DNA of 63,470 nucleotides, the filler included, from Intoshia linei (Eukaryota; Animalia; Orthonectida), in NCBI GenBank assembly GCA_001642005.1. It is 8 parts of 8 records of this genome, joined end to end, with 100 filler letters (N's around TTAATTAATTAA, not from the genome) between each part and the next. Parts side by side here need not be neighbours in the genome. Positions count along the whole stretch, not along the records: positions 1 to 18,318 come from LWCA01000780.1; 7 more parts are not named here. One strand, written 5' to 3'. Position 1 is the first letter of the stretch. Every line of letters begins with the position of its first letter. The translations under genes and the position numbers were made by a program. The notes beneath the pieces were generated by a model. It was not told where the DNA came from. It worked only from the letters and a program-made list of their open reading frames with translations, and did not search any database. Shown in pieces: positions 1 through 12,613 of the stretch.

Positions 1-430
1 TGGGGTTGAAATTTTGTATTTATATCAACTGGAATAAGCTCTATCAGAATAATCGTTTTTTTAAATTTTCGGACGTTAATTATTTCATATTTTTTGTTTT
101 AATAAAATATTTCGGAAAAAAAATATAGACCTTTAATTATTTCACATTTTTTGTTTTAATAAAATATTTCGGAAAAAAAATATATGAAAATTAAATGCTT
201 TTTTTGACCGTGAAGTCGTCACTTATCAGATTTAAATTTTTTGTTATTAACATGATACAACTGTACCTACCTGTAAATTTTTTGAAATTCTAGGGCTGTT
301 TTCATAAAAAAAGAAGGGTAATACTGTAAATTTTTTTAAATTCTAGGGCTGTTTTCATTAAAAACAGAAGGCCAATTTGTGGTTTTGGCCCTAAAGATAT
401 AATTTTTTTAAATTTATGATTATGTTTAAA
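1..430 (-). mobile_element. Internal part of an abundant non-autonomous Helitron-like repeat
   Basis: Aligns with 29765-30090 and 38710-38960; internal subrepeats aaattctagggctgttttcat..aagggtaatt. Confidence 0.6.
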
Positions 431-452
431 AATTATAAAAAATTTATATTAG

Positions 453-3400
453 AAAAAAGAAGATAATGTAAATAATAATATATTATACGATCATGAAATG
501 CAAACTTTCAACAATGTGGACAAATATAAGGGAGTTCAAACTCAGGATGTTAAAAAAGAGGTAAGTGTTTATATTTATATATATTTATAATTACATCATT
601 TTATTAATTGCATAATTATGAGTAAAAGTAAATCTTTTTAAATTTTTGCATGCACTTATATGTATGTATGTCTGGTGAATTTATTACAAACTTTTTTATC
701 AATATGAATCGGTTTCCTATGATTATGTTCGTGGAGATCCTAGAGCAGTGGTTCCCTATTCAAATAGTGTACGTACTACGGACCCCCATTTCAAAATATT
801 TATTTTTTAGGACGGCAAAGAAAACATGAAATGTAAAACATTTATAAAAAAATTGATGGTTTTTTCTCATATGATTTGGTAAGTCGGATTTATCAAAAAA
901 ATATTGGAAAAAAGGGGTTTTTCCATTAAGGATTGGTAAAATTGCATTTTGAATTAGGAACTGTTGCTCATAAGATTTAAAATAATCAGATTTTTCCCTG
1001 AGGGTTTAAAATTATATTTTTTATTAAATTTTATTAATGATGGATAAAAGTGGCATTTTTGAAAGAATAAAGGACCGGTTGTCTAGTATTTGAGATAAAT
1101 TCACAACATCTGGCAAATCTGTAATAAATATTAAAAATTCTCCTATAAAAATAAACAAAAGTTGATAAAATTTGTTGTATATTTTTTTAAATCTCATGGA
1201 TCCCAGAAATATTGTTTTTTACCGCATGGGGTTCAGGGACCCCAATCGGGAACCACTGCCATAGAGTGAAGATAATAAGGCCAGATAAAAATTACTGTGC
1301 AATAAAACTCCTATATAAACATGACAAAAATTTTTTGGTTCCTCTACATTGTTGTACTGTATTAATTCTCAATTTTTTTTCTGTGTTACCTTACTGCAGT
1401 AAAAAAATTACGCCGACTTGATAAATTTCGGGTAAAATAAAAAATACGTTTCATGTCATTTTATCCATTTATTGAAAATTTGAAACAAATTTAACAATTT
1501 TAATCCAATTATGAAATTAATGTATTAAAACAGCACAAACAAAATTACGCAACCCTATGCGATCTTCAAGAAAGTGATCATTTGCTTTCTGCTGACAATA
1601 CTTTAATGGAAATAATGTCTTCAAGCAAAGATACTAAAATAAAATCTGCATCAAGTAAAAGTGCTATATCTACTGCGTCTACGGAAATTGAAAATGTAGA
1701 AAATAATTATATTAATATATTGGAAATCTCAGAAAAAATTATAGCTATAAATAATTATAAAGTCAATTTGGCTAAATATCAAGGTAATAATAGATACGTA
1801 TTAAATTTTCATATTTAAAAAAAAAATAAATAAATTTTTTTTTGTTCAAACAAATATTGCCCATGATAGACTAGAACAGAGGTGGCGAAGCATTTACTGT
1901 TGGAAGGCCACATTAACGTCCCAAAAATTGAATAAGTCCGCACCTTTCTAAATAAAATTTTATCAAATACAGCAGTGCTTTTCGTGGCGGTGACTGGTCA
2001 CCCCAAGGGGTATATAATAATATAATAATAATACGAAAATTTTAAATAATTGGGGTGAATGATAAATTTTTAATATATTTTGTTCAATTTAGTAAAATCT
2101 CATGAGAAAAAACCAAAATTTTACCAACCTTTAAGGTAAAAATTCATCCATCAAATCCCAAAAGAAAAAACATAATTTTACCAACCCTCAACCAATATTT
2201 TTCTGAAAAATTCCACTTTACCAAAAATTAATATTTTAAAAATAATTCAGATTGTTCAGAAGGCTCCACTGTCCCCACCTCTGGACTAGAATAAAACTTT
2301 TAAATTTTGATAATTTTTTAGACATCAAACCTCCATCTACTGCCGGAATTAGTGGTATTTTTGATATTGACTATTCTGATCAAGATGAAATGTTTCATTT
2401 GGAAGAATTATGGCGACTTGAATCTGATGAAACCAATAAAAATGTAACAAGTATTAATCTCAATCCTAAAAATGAAGTAAGGTTAATAAAAAATGTTTAA
2501 AAAATAGTTTATACTTGCTATAACTCATGGGAATTACGACAAATTCAGAACAGAAGATTATGGTTTAGTTTCCTGTTGGTCTCTTAAAAATATAGAGGTT
2601 TAAAAATTAATTTTTCGGAAAAATTGATAAAACGAATCATTATTATAATTATTAATCTATCACAAACAGCTGGCTTTTAATTCTAAAAAATTAAATTTAA
2701 TATTTAGCATCCAAAGAGAATGCATCAATTCTCAACAGGTGTCATATCTTGCGATTTTTCGAAAAAGAATCCAAATATATTAGCGGTAGATTTTATTATC
2801 GGTAAGTTTATAATTTTTTAATTTAAGATTGGATTACATGACGGAAGAATCATACTATTTGATGTAACCCTCGATGAAAATCCAGTTGTTTTGGACAATA
2901 TGTAATGATTATAATTACATTTGATATAAAATAATTTTTTTTAAACTAGGAACAATCCTGATAAAAATATTGGCATAATTTGGAAATTATGTTGGGTTAT
3001 CATTGAAGAGAAAAATGATGTAATTAAATTGGAAAATTTATATAGTGCATCTCAAGATGGAAGAATAACTTATTGGGATAAAGAAAAACGATTTGAAGCG
3101 AACGGTAAATATTTTTATACTCATAATATACATGTATTTATATTTATTATATAGACATCATGTTAATGAAAAGAGCGCCAATCCGAAAAACAAACCAAAA
3201 ATTAACAAACTCTGAAATTGGTAAATCTGAACTAGAAAATCAATTTTTAACAGGGTATACCGGTGCAATTTCAATGGATTTCAACAAAGATAATAACAAA
3301 CTGTTTTAAATAAAATATTGTATACAATATTATTTAGTTACCTTGTCGGAACAGAAGATGGATCTGTACAACTCTGTTCTATATCTCATAATGAACAATA

Positions 3401-4548
3401 CTTGCAGACATATTATTACCATACCGTATTATTGTAGTTATATATACAATGTACTTACATTTAACGTTAGGCACCAATTAATAAAATCGTGTGGTCGCCA
3501 TTTAATTCAGACATTTTTATTACAGCCTCAAGTGATTGGACGATTTGTATTTGGTCAAAACACAACGACGAACCCATTGTTTGCTTACATGGAACGGTAT
3601 TGCATTTTTGTAAATATAATTAAATCAATGCAGAAACCAGTATTGGATGTTATATGGTCACCAAGTACTTCTACCTTGATTGCATCAATAACCAGTGAAA
3701 CACTTAACATTTGGGATATGACTGAAAATTTGTAAAATAATTTGTTTCGAATTATTTACTTTTGTTTAGATTAGACCCCATTACTACAAATAACGCTCCA
3801 CCAAATTCCAAATACACTTGCATCAAATTCAATCATGATGGAAAGGTAATGTGATGTACCAAGGCAGAGGTGGGGAAAAATTTACTGTTCGAAGGCCGCA
3901 ATAACCTCCCCAAAAAATTTAATAACCTTTCTAAATAAAATTTAATCAAATACAGTAGTGTTTTTCATGGGGTAACTGGTCACCCCAAGGGGTGAATAAT
4001 TTTATTAGGAGTGAATACGAAAATTTTAAATAATTGAGGTGAATGATAAATGTTTAGCATATTTTATTCAATTTAGTAAAATCTTATGAGATAAAACCAA
4101 AATTTTACCAACTTTTAATGAAAAAATCCCATTTTACCAAAAATATTATAATAAATAAAATAATTTTAAATGAAAAACGATTCAAATTTTCCATAACGCC
4201 GCATCAAATAAGACAGGGTTGTCAATAAGACCGTACTTTGCCCACCTCTGTACAGCGGCCTTTCACATTCAAATTGGCAACTAAATTTAACGAGGGTGCC
4301 ATTATTGATGATATTTGTTTGAATTGAGACAATTTAAGAATTCCCATCTCATCAAATTAATATTTTTAATACAACTCCATTTTTAGAGCATATATGTTGG
4401 AACAAGCGTAGGAGTTGTATATCTGTATTCCCTCGTTGGATTATCTGACAAAAGCCTAAATAATAATGTAAGATTATAAAATTGAATTATAAATAATATC
4501 TAGAGTAAACAACTTAAAGCAATACTGGAATCGAAAAAAATCAATTAA
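453..4548 (+). CDS. WDR78: WD-repeat axonemal dynein intermediate chain WDR78/DNAI4, multi-exon, 5' end outside window
   Basis: Spliced exons read EMQTFNNVDK, LEELWRLESDETNKNVTSINLNPKN, GLVSCWSLKN, GVISCDFSKKNPNILAIGLHDGRI, YLVGTEDGSVQLCSISHNEQYLQTYYYH, PINKIVWSPFNSDIFITASSDWTICIW, LNIWDM. These match WDR78 motifs; GT-AG introns; stop TAA at 4546-4548. Confidence 0.85.
746..1258. mobile_element. hAT-type MITE in WDR78 intron
   Basis: TIRs cagtggttccc...gggaaccactg; imperfect 8-bp TSD tcctagag/ccatagag. Confidence 0.7.
1877..2283. mobile_element. hAT-type MITE (cagaggtgg family), copy 1
   Basis: TIRs cagaggtgg...ccacctctg, perfect 8-bp TSD gactagaa on both sides. Confidence 0.85.
3865..4250. 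mobile_element. hAT-type MITE (cagaggtgg family), copy 2
   Basis: Same TIRs and internal sequence as 1877-2283. Related pieces at about 11090-11400 and 17877-18082. Confidence 0.8.
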
Positions 4549-4594
4549 AGAATTAAATTTATAATAAACATTTATTTAAAAATAACATTGTTAT

Positions 4595-7261
4595 TCACAT
4601 ACTTTCATTTTGATTTAACAAAATGTAAGTAAACGCTAAAGTTGTGGTATTTACTACAACAGAAGCTATACTAGAAAATGCCGCTTGGCCTTGTGATATC
4701 TAAAAAAATATGTATACTATCATAAAAAAATTACAAGTGGAGTTATTAATGATCGATTGGTCGACATCATGATGATAACTGCGATATTTATTGTTAAAAT
4801 ACCAGTAGTAATAAACAAAGCAAATCGTCTGTTTCGAATGGAACTGTATTCTGAACTTGTGTCACTAGTTCGATCAATGACAAGTAAAGGTAATGGAGCA
4901 CAAATATAAAAAATTATATTTAAGAGAGGCCACCAATTACTACAATATAATAAATATATATACAGTAATATCAATTACTATGAATCATGCACACAACATC
5001 CTAAAAATAAAATAAAATATGGTATAAAATTTAAAGTAAAAAATATTCATTTGTTAGAAAGAACCCGGAAAAAACTATAAAAAATATACTAATAACGTCA
5101 TATTTTTTTAAACAAGACGGCAATATTACATTTGAAAACACAATTTTGATAGAATTTTAATTATACATCACATCAATAATTCATTTATATGTTAAAAATA
5201 TTTATTAGCATTGAGAATCAATATTTATTAAAAATAAGGATTTATTGATGGGGAAAAACTATAAGACACTAACTTCAATATAGTTAAATAATATCGTATC
5301 ATTTACTAAAATGATAATTAAATTACGAGTAAAGACTCCAAATTTACGAATAACCTCAACAACCCTAAATCAAAATCAAATTTGTACTATAAGTGTTGTT
5401 AAACATTTTTAAAATGAAAAATTGCGTAGCAAAGAAAAGAAAGCGAATGAATGAATTTATGATATTTCCACCAATATCTCTTTATTGGAAATGTGTAGAC
5501 ATTTTTATGAAAATGTGTGTGGGAAGGTAGTTGAGGGTATTGATATTCTTAAGAAAATAGTGGTAATATAAAATAATTGAAATTTTAATGTACCAAAGAT
5601 ATTTTTGATGACGGATAAACAAATGTTGAAATAAGGTCTGTTTAAAATTTAAAAAACAGTTTCTATCTATTTTCTTAAAAAAATAATTTCGAAACCAAAA
5701 AAAAAATACTAAAGTGCTTTTTTGATCCTAAAGGTGTCATTCTGTAATATTTTGAAATTTTTTGTGTATGTTAACTGGATATAACTGTATCAACTATTAT
5801 TTTTAAAAAGATTTTAATACTATTTTCATTTTTTAAAAAAAGGATAATCTGTGGTTTTGATCGTGAAAATGCCCTTTTTTAAAGTTGTTATTAAGTTAAG
5901 TTAGAGGTTAAGTTAAAGTATTCCAGAATGTATGTTTTATAATATCTTAGGACGTATTTCATTTTTAAAATAAAGGGTAATTTGGGATTTTGACCATGAA
6001 GTTGTGCGTTTCTGAGATTGAGATTTACGCAATATTAATAAAAAAAGGGTAAATTGAGTTTAAGATCTTGAAAGACTTAATTTCGAGAAATGAAACACAT
6101 ATCAAACATCATAACATGATATCAAAATAATTTTTCTATCAATTAAAATTGAAAATATAATTGAACAAACATTAACCAAAAAAACCACTATGTTTTTAAA
6201 ATGTCTTAGTTCCAGCATTGTAAAACTCTCAGAAAAACCTGTAATGAAAAACGGCGAATATTCAATTCAGCAATACATCTTAGAAAGACATAAAATCGGT
6301 TTTGTTAATGAATCATAATATTTATTTTTTGACAATCTTTTTGTGGTTTGTTATTTATTAATAACAATAAGCCACATTTTGAAGGGTTTTAATGGAATAT
6401 TTTTAACATTTCATGGGATCTTCAGAATCTTTAAAAATTTGATAAAAAAAATGTTCTCTTAAAACCCCTACAAAACATTGGTCCAAAATTATCTTCAAAA
6501 TCTTTAAAAATTGGGTAAAAAGAAATTTGAATTTGGTAAACAAAACAATCATTGTTTAAAAAAATAAACGAAATTGGAGATGGAGCACTGAAAATCAGTT
6601 ATAAAATGTCCAAACTTAACAAAAATTTACATGGAAAAATTGGTACTTATGCATATACAAAAATAGGTATATTTTATGCTTTTTTGACGAAAAATAGTTC
6701 AACATAGAAGGGTCTGATAGTTATTGTATTTGTTTCCAAGATGTGAGAAAACGGTAATTATTTAAATTGAAACGACATTGTGGAGAGAAACGTATCAAGC
6801 CTTGGAAAGTTTTAGAAACAAATTCCAAACAAAATACTTTAAAAATTAAATTAAATTTTGAAAAATATTAACGTCCATTTGACTACACCATTCTCGCTGG
6901 ATTGAAATAGAAACTATATGGGGATAATTAAAGGAATTGTTAATTAAACCTTCGTTCGGTTTAGATGCACTTTGGAACGATATAACCAACCCACAATTGA
7001 TGTCTTAATTAATAGTATGTCTTCCAGAATTTGCGGGTCATCATTTTGCCACCCTTGGCCTAATGTATATAATACATCAATAAATACTCGTAGTTTAAAT
7101 TAAAAAATACCTAAAACGAGAAATAAAATTCCAATTGTAAGAGAAATGGAAGAAAGCAACAGTCTATACAAATATTTAAAAAATAAATTTATAAATCTGG
7201 TACCCTAAATATAAAATCTGAATAATTTAAATAAAAGTAGGCCATTACCTTTAGTCTTCAT
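4595..7261 (-). CDS. LEPROT: Leptin receptor overlapping transcript / Vps55 family membrane protein
   Basis: Spliced protein MKTK-G-LLLSSISLTIGILFLVLGCCVHDSYNWWPLLNIIFYICAPLPLLV...FALFITTGI...; WP and FxTTG motifs and four TM segments typical of Vps55/LEPROT; stop TGA at 4595-4597. 2.1-kb intron at about 5001-7110. Confidence 0.85.
5513..5655 (+). pseudogene. Duplicated fragment of the PPIE penultimate exon plus intron start, inside the LEPROT intron
   Basis: gggaaggtagttgagggtattgatattcttaagaaaatag...tgatgacggata.acaaatgtt aligns with 9513-9645 ([13 protein letters not shown]). Confidence 0.8.
6455..7030 (+). mobile_element. Degenerate Tc1/Tc3-like transposase remnant, copy 1
   Basis: Decayed reading resembling FDEKxFNIEGxDG..CFQDVRK..KRxCGE (Tc3-type DEKKFNLDGPDG..WHDLRK); near-identical copy at 11705-12230. 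Confidence 0.55.
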
Positions 7262-7647
7262 AAACTTTTCAAAATAATGTAAATATTAATAAAATTTGTT
7301 ATTTCGTAACTAAATTTATTTTTATCGAAGTTTATTTTACAAAAGTACAAAAAGAATAATAATAATCTAATATAAATAATACAAGTTCTTCAGAAACTGG
7401 TTGTAAACATTTTAATGTTTTAGATTAAGATTTATTTGTGCAAATGAGGTGATTGCATATAATTACTTTATGTACAATTCTAACAATTACAAAAAGAGAA
7501 GTTGTAAATTGTAAGTTTTACCATTTTAGACTAAACTTTAATTTAAGACTAAACTTTAATTTAAGACTAAACTTTAATTTTTTGGGACACAAGTCTTGAA
7601 GTCGTAGTAATATGTGAATATTGCTAGGGTATTAAAATTTAAAATTA
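7262..7647. promoter_or_regulatory. Putative bidirectional promoter between LEPROT and PPIE, containing a 3x18-bp tandem repeat (agactaaactttaattta, 7528-7580)
   Basis: Head-to-head ATGs are 386 bp apart; the repeat is seen directly. Confidence 0.5.
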
Positions 7648-10600
7648 ATGTCCACCGAAAATCGTATAATTTATATAGGTAACTATTTTTAGTTAATTTT
7701 AAATGACATGACTTTTAGGTGGATTGGCTGACCATGTAAATGAAAAAAAAGTTAGACAACTTTGTTGTCCATTTGGAGAACTATTAACAGTTAACATACC
7801 AATTGATTATTCTACACAAAAACACAGAGGGTTTGCATTTGTTGAATTTGAATTACCAGATGACGCCGATGATGCAGTCGATAACTTGCATAATGGAGAG
7901 TATTTTGGCAGAATTTTAAAAGTTAATTTATCCAAACAAAAAGGCGTTTCTCAAAATTCAGCTAGGCCGAGTAAATTTATTTTTAATTTTATTTACATTT
8001 CACCACAGTTTGGTCTACTGACGATTGGATGAGACGGTATGCAAATGAAACTGAAGAGGAAGAACAAGTTGATACTGTAATTTCATTTTTTATTATTAAT
8101 TTTTAAAATTTAACTTTACATTAAGACTATACCTGAAAGTCTTCAATTGAATCAGCGTGTTTTTATGGAAATTGGTATTGGTGCTGAATCTATGGGAAAA
8201 ATTGTCATTCTTCTTAGAGAAGATGTTACTCCTAAAACTTGCGGTAATAATTCAAATTAAAAGTATACGTTGCACCAGGCTCGTACAAGTACATTTGAGG
8301 TTATCACCCAAAAATACAATTTAGAAATTTGGCATAAACGTGTGAACATTTCATTGTATACATCATTGTAGTTACAATTTAATATTAATAGAAAAAATTA
8401 AATTGACCTTACTAAAATAGAATGTGAATAATCCAATTTTTCTAAATATCTGGAATAGCCACAATTTACTAAATTCGAATGATATAATAAGTTTCTTAAA
8501 ATGGTGTCCACGAACCACAAACGTTGTATTTTCCAGGGAGGTCCTGAAATATTTTGTATTAATTATGAAAAATCATGACGAAAATTGGTAAAAATTTAAT
8601 ATTTGTTTATTTATGTTAAATATTCCTGGGTTATGTAATTATTTTATTGATACAAGTTTCATTTAGAAAATTTTCGTGCTCTTTGTACACATGAACAGAA
8701 TTTTGGGTACAAAAATTCAATCTTTCATAGAATCATTAAAAAATTTGTAATTTATCAAAATTTAATCAACACTATTTAATTTAATTCAACAGATGTGCCA
8801 AGCTGGAGATTATACTAATCACGACGGGACCGGAGGAAATTCTATTTTTGGTGATCAATTTGATGATGAAAATTTCAAATTGAAACACGAGGGATTAGGT
8901 ATATTTTGAAAAATATGTAAAGTTTAATTTTAGTGTTTATTTTATTATAATAATATATATGTGTGACTTATGGGCTTAGGTGGACGATTCTAAAAAAAGG
9001 TTGAGAACCACTAGTTCAGAGTCTGGTATTACAGTAATTATTTTTGAAAAATATAAGAATTCTCCAATTCAGCAGTGATCCAGTTAATCAATGATATTGC
9101 TATAGAAAAAACAAATTTAGCATTTAGGAACCTCTACTTTAAAAAGCATTATTGCCTTGTATAAAATGATAATGTCGTCAAACTTGGCGATCGTAATTAT
9201 AAATTAGAAGGAAGTGAACATTTTAACCAATTTTAATCATCTATGAAAATAGTAAAATTCTTCCACAAGGGAAGAATTCCCCGGCTGAGAATCACTGATC
9301 TATAGACTTGAAAAAAATATAAATTTATAAATTAAAATAAATTATAAATTTGAAATTTCCATAATAAAATATTAATAGGTACTGTTTCAATGGCGAATGC
9401 TGGACCGAATACTAATGGATCTCAATTTTTCATTTCTTTTTCCAAAACCGATTGGTTTATTTTCAATTTTCATAGTTAAATATTTTTTAATAGGCTGGAT
9501 GGTAAACACGTTGTGTTTGGAAAGGTAGTTGAAGGTATTGATATTCTTAAGAAAATAGAGGTAATTAATATTAATAATTGAAATTCTAATGTATTATTGA
9601 TGACGGATAGACAAATGTTTAATTAATGTCTGTTTAAATTTTAAAATTAATTAAAAATTTTTTTGACTGGGGTAATTCATGGAACGCGAATTATCTTTTT
9701 AATCTCCCTTAAAATTGTTTAACCAAGAAACCAATTACATTGCTACATTTTTATGTATAAAAATTTTAGGTAATGAAAATGTCTTTTTTAATGTACTGGT
9801 TTGTATCATACCATATAAATTGTATGGTAATCTGATCTGTATCAATTTTTGTTACACATTTACCGCACTTTTTAAAAAATAGACAGTTATTTGAATGTTT
9901 TCAAGTGTATTTGGGATATTATTATAAAAATATACAAAATTAAATAAATACAAAAATTAAATTTAGCCATTTTTTGTTAATTTTTAATAAGCGCAACTTT
10001 GTTAACAATATTTTTGAAAAACAAAATTCAATATTTAGTTTAATTTAAAGTGAATTCATGTATCGTTCAACTTTCAAAATGCGTGTTAAATTACTTTGAA
10101 AAAATAAATTGTGAATATATAATCTATGCAAAAGAAAACTAAAATATATTAAGTTAAACGGCTGTAGAAAGATGTTTTAGCAACACAGAAATATTCACTC
10201 AAATGTTAGAAACAGCCTATTTGAATCAACACTGAATGATTCTTTATATATAAGATGTAATTTTTATCTGCCAAAGAAAAAAAACTTATGAAGTGATGAC
10301 ACATTTTGAAAAATAGAATTAATTTATTTGTTAATAAAAAATTACTTATACTAATGTTTGAGGGGTAAACCCAATGCGTATTATTCCTAGATTTTCATTT
10401 GATTAACGACACATTATTTACTAACAAAAATTTTAAGTACATATAATTAACACTTATTAATGAACCTATAATTTTTGTATAAATGAATAATTGTTAATTT
10501 GCAAATTTCACGTATATTTCATAGAAATTTTTTTCTTAANATAATTGTTAATTTGCAAATTTCACGTATATTTCATAGAAATTTTTTTCTTAATCTTATC

Positions 10601-10981
10601 GCTTCTTGTATGGACAATAAACGGTTAACAAGGTTTTAGTGATATTTTTATTTTACATTTGCTAAAATTCAATATAATATATGAAATATTATGCTGGAAA
10701 AACAGCATTGCTGTACCGGTACAGCAGCCGTTGTTGCTGTTACCAGCAATTCCACACAGCCCTGGTGATTTCTATTCAAAAATACACATATCTACCTTGT
10801 ACGTTTTGAAAAATCGCAAAATTTAAAATAAATGTGAACCCTACTATGCACGGGCAACTGAGAATGAATGGATTTTGTACGAGTAATACAATGTATAAAT
10901 AAATTATTTTAGACATACGGAACAGAATCCGGTAAACCAACAGAAAAAATAATAATATTAGACTGTGGTGCAGTAGAATGA
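7648..10981 (+). CDS. PPIE: Peptidyl-prolyl isomerase E (cyclophilin 33; RRM + cyclophilin)
   Basis: [13 protein letters not shown]...[11 protein letters not shown] (RRM), [66 protein letters not shown], last exon [22 protein letters not shown] (10913-10981). Confidence 0.95.
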
Positions 10982-11704
10982 TGTGTATATATTTAAATAA
11001 ATGTGCAATAAATTATTTTATTCACTATATATATTAGGGTGTCACACTCATCAAAGAATCAAGGGCAATCAAGCGAAATCATAATTTTAATAGGGGGTGA
11101 ATAATAAATATTTAGCATATTTTATTCAATTTAATAAAATCTTTTGAGAAAAAACAAAAATTTTACTAAATTTTTAAATCAAAAATCCCTCTTTCTGACC
11201 CCATTAGAAAAAACCTAATTTTACCAAACCTTAATAAAAAAAACATATTTTACCAAACTTTTAGATCAAAAATCTTCCTATCTGACCCCAAAAGATAAAA
11301 CCTAATTTTACAAAACCACAAGGAAAAAACCCTTTTTACCAATATTTTTTAGAAAAATCCCTCAATCTGATCCCAAAATAAAAAATGAATAGGGATGATA
11401 AAAAGGTTATGAGTCATATTTCGTCATAACTTATGACGAATTGAAAATTTAAATTAGATAAACCAAAGTTCATATATTATAAGAAATTATAACTTGGCTT
11501 TAAGGTAGAAACTAAAATGAATTGACTATAAACTAAAAAAATATTTTTTAATATTTGTTGGTTCTACAGTTTTTCAGTCTTGGGTTTGTAGATACTTTGT
11601 AATCTATTAGAGGCCAATTATATCATTAAACCATGAAATTTAAATGTACGATATATTTCACGTTTAATTTATCGCTCAATGTATCAATAGTTTCTAAATA
11701 AATA

Positions 11705-12230
11705 TTCCCTTAAAAACCCTACAAAATTTTGGTCCCAAAATTATCTTTAAAACCTTTATAAATTGAGTAAAAAAAAAAAAAAATTTGAATTTGGGAAACA
11801 AAACAATCATTGTTTAAAAAAATAAACGAAACACTGAAAGTCAGTTATAAAATGTCCAAACTTAACAAAAATGGACATGGAAAAATTGGTATTTTGCATA
11901 AACAAAAATAGGTATAAATAATGCTATTTTGACGAAAAATGGTTCAACATATTAACTGAATATGTAAATAGAAGGGCGTGATGGTTATTGCCACTGTTTC
12001 CAAGATGTGAGAAAACGGCAATTATCTAAATTGAAACGACAGTGTGGAGAGAAAAGTATCAAGCCTTGGAGAGATTTTGGAAACAAATTCCAAACAAAAT
12101 ACTTTAAAAATTAAATTAAATTTTGAAAAATATTAATGTCCTTTTGAGAACACCATTCTCGCTGGATTTAAATAGAAACTATATGGGGATAATTGACGGA
12201 ATTGTTAATTAAACCTTCGTTCGGTTGAAA
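11705..12230 (+). mobile_element. Degenerate Tc1/Tc3-like transposase remnant, copy 2
   Basis: Highly similar to 6455-6960. Confidence 0.55.
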
Positions 12231-12346
12231 TCAGTGCTTCTCATCAGGATGACTGTGCAAAACAAACGTGAAGCCTACTATGCACCGGCAACTGAGAATA
12301 ATTGTATATTGTACGAGTAATACAATGTATAAATAAATTATTTTAG

Positions 12347-12415
12347 ACATACGAAACAGAATCCGGTAAACCAACAGAAAAAATAATAATATTAGACTGT
12401 GGTGCAGTAGAATGA
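12347..12415 (+). other. Second intact copy of the PPIE terminal exon with its acceptor and 3' flank (duplication 12268-12460)
   Basis: ttttag|ACA TAC GAA ACA...GTA GAA TGA = [22 protein letters not shown], one G>E change versus 10913-10981. Confidence 0.85.
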
Positions 12416-12613
12416 TTTGTATATATTTAAATAAACGTGCAATGAATTGTTTTATTCAATGTGATAAATTATCACTGATAATAGTGTAACTACTTTTATT
12501 GAGACTAACCCAGATATATTGATATTGTTAGAATACACTTCATTCAATTTATAACTTATAGTTATAGAAACATAAATTTAGGCAACATTTTATATTTTAA
12601 AAATATCAACATA

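Noticed and set aside
10487-10593. Perfect direct repeat of about 52 bp around a single n
   Set aside because: Typical unmerged contig overlap.
10693-10770. GC-rich palindrome tgctgtaccggtacagca as a possible tRNA or miRNA
   Set aside because: No cloverleaf or A/B boxes; it looks like the subterminal part of a MITE ending in cagccctg.
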